Below, piece after piece: positions 63,119-64,000 of a stretch of 64,000 nt of DNA. This stretch comes from Candidatus Bathyarchaeota archaeon (GTDB lineage: Archaea > Thermoproteota > Bathyarchaeia > Bathyarchaeales > Bathycorpusculaceae): NCBI GenBank assembly GCA_963811105.1, contig CAWEPZ010000011.1, positions 1,152,001-1,216,000 on the forward strand, written 5' to 3'. Made by a program: the position numbers and the translations under genes. The notes under the pieces are model-generated. The model had not been told where the DNA came from. It was given only the letters and a program-made list of their open reading frames with translations, and ran no database searches. Positions within the stretch are counted from its first letter, which is position 1; every line of letters starts with the position of its first letter.

Positions 63119-63448
63119 TTATGGGGGAGGTGTAATTTTAATAGCTGCAGCGGGACACTGCATCTCGCAAGCTAGGCATTGTATGCAGTCTTTTTCGCGT
63201 GCTGGATCAGATTTCCTCTCAGAAAGTGGATGCCCAGGGGAGTCAGCCCAATCATATAGTGAAACCGGGCAGACGTCTATGCACACACCATCTCCAATGC
63301 AGGAGTCCCAGTCTACAGCGCTGGATGTTCCATGAATCCCAAGTTTCTGTGGAGCTTCAACTGGGCCCCAAACTTTATGTCCATTATGTTCACTGACGAT
63401 TTGGCGTTTTGTTTGAAAATCAGGGTCGATTGGCAAAAAATTCACCAT
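63119..63448 (-). CDS. Zinc-containing 7Fe ferredoxin (Sulfolobus/Thermoplasma type)
   Basis: N-terminal extension IDPDF...HNGHKVWGP...LGIHG; CIGDGVC...CP and CIQCLAC...CP. Confidence 0.9.
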   Translation of the reverse strand: MVNFLPIDPDFQTKRQIVSEHNGHKVWGPVEAPQKLGIHGTSSAVDWDSCIGDGVCIDVCPVSLYDWADSPGHPLSERKSDPAREKDCIQCLACEMQCPAAAIKITPPP

Positions 63449-63541
63449 AATAAATTCAGAAACCCCTGAATATTAGGCTTTCTCATTACGATTTTCCGCA
63501 AAGCATTTTGGGACAACTATACTATTTATAGATGATTCCAA

Positions 63542-64000
63542 ATGCCTCAATATAACCTGCCTGTCGGTATGAGATACGCCACTCTTGGGGAAAGAAACCA
63601 ATTTTACAGCTCTGAGTTTAACCTCCAAAATGTATCTGAATGGTTCAAAGGCGAGCTTGGTAAAACCAAGTTTGCAGTAATAATAGGAAGGCACACAAAG
63701 ATTTACCCCCAAAAATACAAAGATGACGCTTCAACAACAATAATAATTGATGAGTATTCAAACTTAGAAGACGTGAAAGGGCAAATAATTGATTTTTTGC
63801 CTGAAGCTGTCTACTATGACCGAAATGTCTACGACGAAGGCGACGTAAGAATTGGTCAAGAGCTCGCTTTTGACCTGGATCCAGAAAACATTACTTGCCC
63901 AGTTCACGGAAGCTTGGCAGATAAGATAAAGCGTCGTCAGGGTTTAAGCTTTTGCGAGTTAGAGTTGGAAATGGTTAAGAAGGAAGCCTTAGACTTGTAT
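63542..64000 (+). CDS. Archaeo-eukaryotic primase (PriS-like) protein, runs off the window edge
   Basis: Manual translation, open to the edge: MPQYNLPVGMRYATLGERNQFY...PEAVYYDR...GQELAFDLDPENITCPVHG; DxD catalytic motif. Confidence 0.75.
   Translation, partial: MPQYNLPVGMRYATLGERNQFYSSEFNLQNVSEWFKGELGKTKFAVIIGRHTKIYPQKYKDDASTTIIIDEYSNLEDVKGQIIDFLPEAVYYDRNVYDEGDVRIGQELAFDLDPENITCPVHGSLADKIKRRQGLSFCELELEMVKKEALDLY

Overview
Archaeal chromosomal DNA, most consistent with Bathyarchaeia (TACK): histone, TFE-alpha and TFE-beta, arcadin-1, a ribophorin-I-like protein and a Bathyarchaeia-style PQQ-repeat surface gene. Most of the window is housekeeping: translation and tRNA modification (trm56, hflX, MBF1, NAC, thrS, proS, KEOPS kae1/bud32/pcc1, truD, pth2, trm5, rtcA, rlmE, EF-1beta, rps15), proteostasis (cdc48, proteasome beta), repair and replication (fen1, RecJ-like DHH, ogt, tag, PriS-like), copper export, and a redox cluster (AOR, FprA, rubrerythrin, SOD, ferredoxins). 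Two AT-rich accessory inserts interrupt the kae1-bud32-rdgB / rps15-recJ-pcc1 cluster. The first (16123-20095) is bounded by an exact 15-bp direct repeat and holds a shattered surface-protein gene plus a tyrosine-recombinase C-terminal remnant. It loses C at its left end and G at its right end, finishing in a 54-nt A run; this is either real deamination-type hypermutation or, at least as likely, a low-coverage consensus artefact. Other highlights: an unannotated 18-aa Lys-rich peptide gene divergent from a variant histone, a candidate glmS regulator with two operator-like repeats, an ACG codon at the expected hflX start, and several small unannotated ORFs. No rRNA, tRNA or CRISPR array was seen. 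All family assignments come from motif recognition by eye, not database searches.
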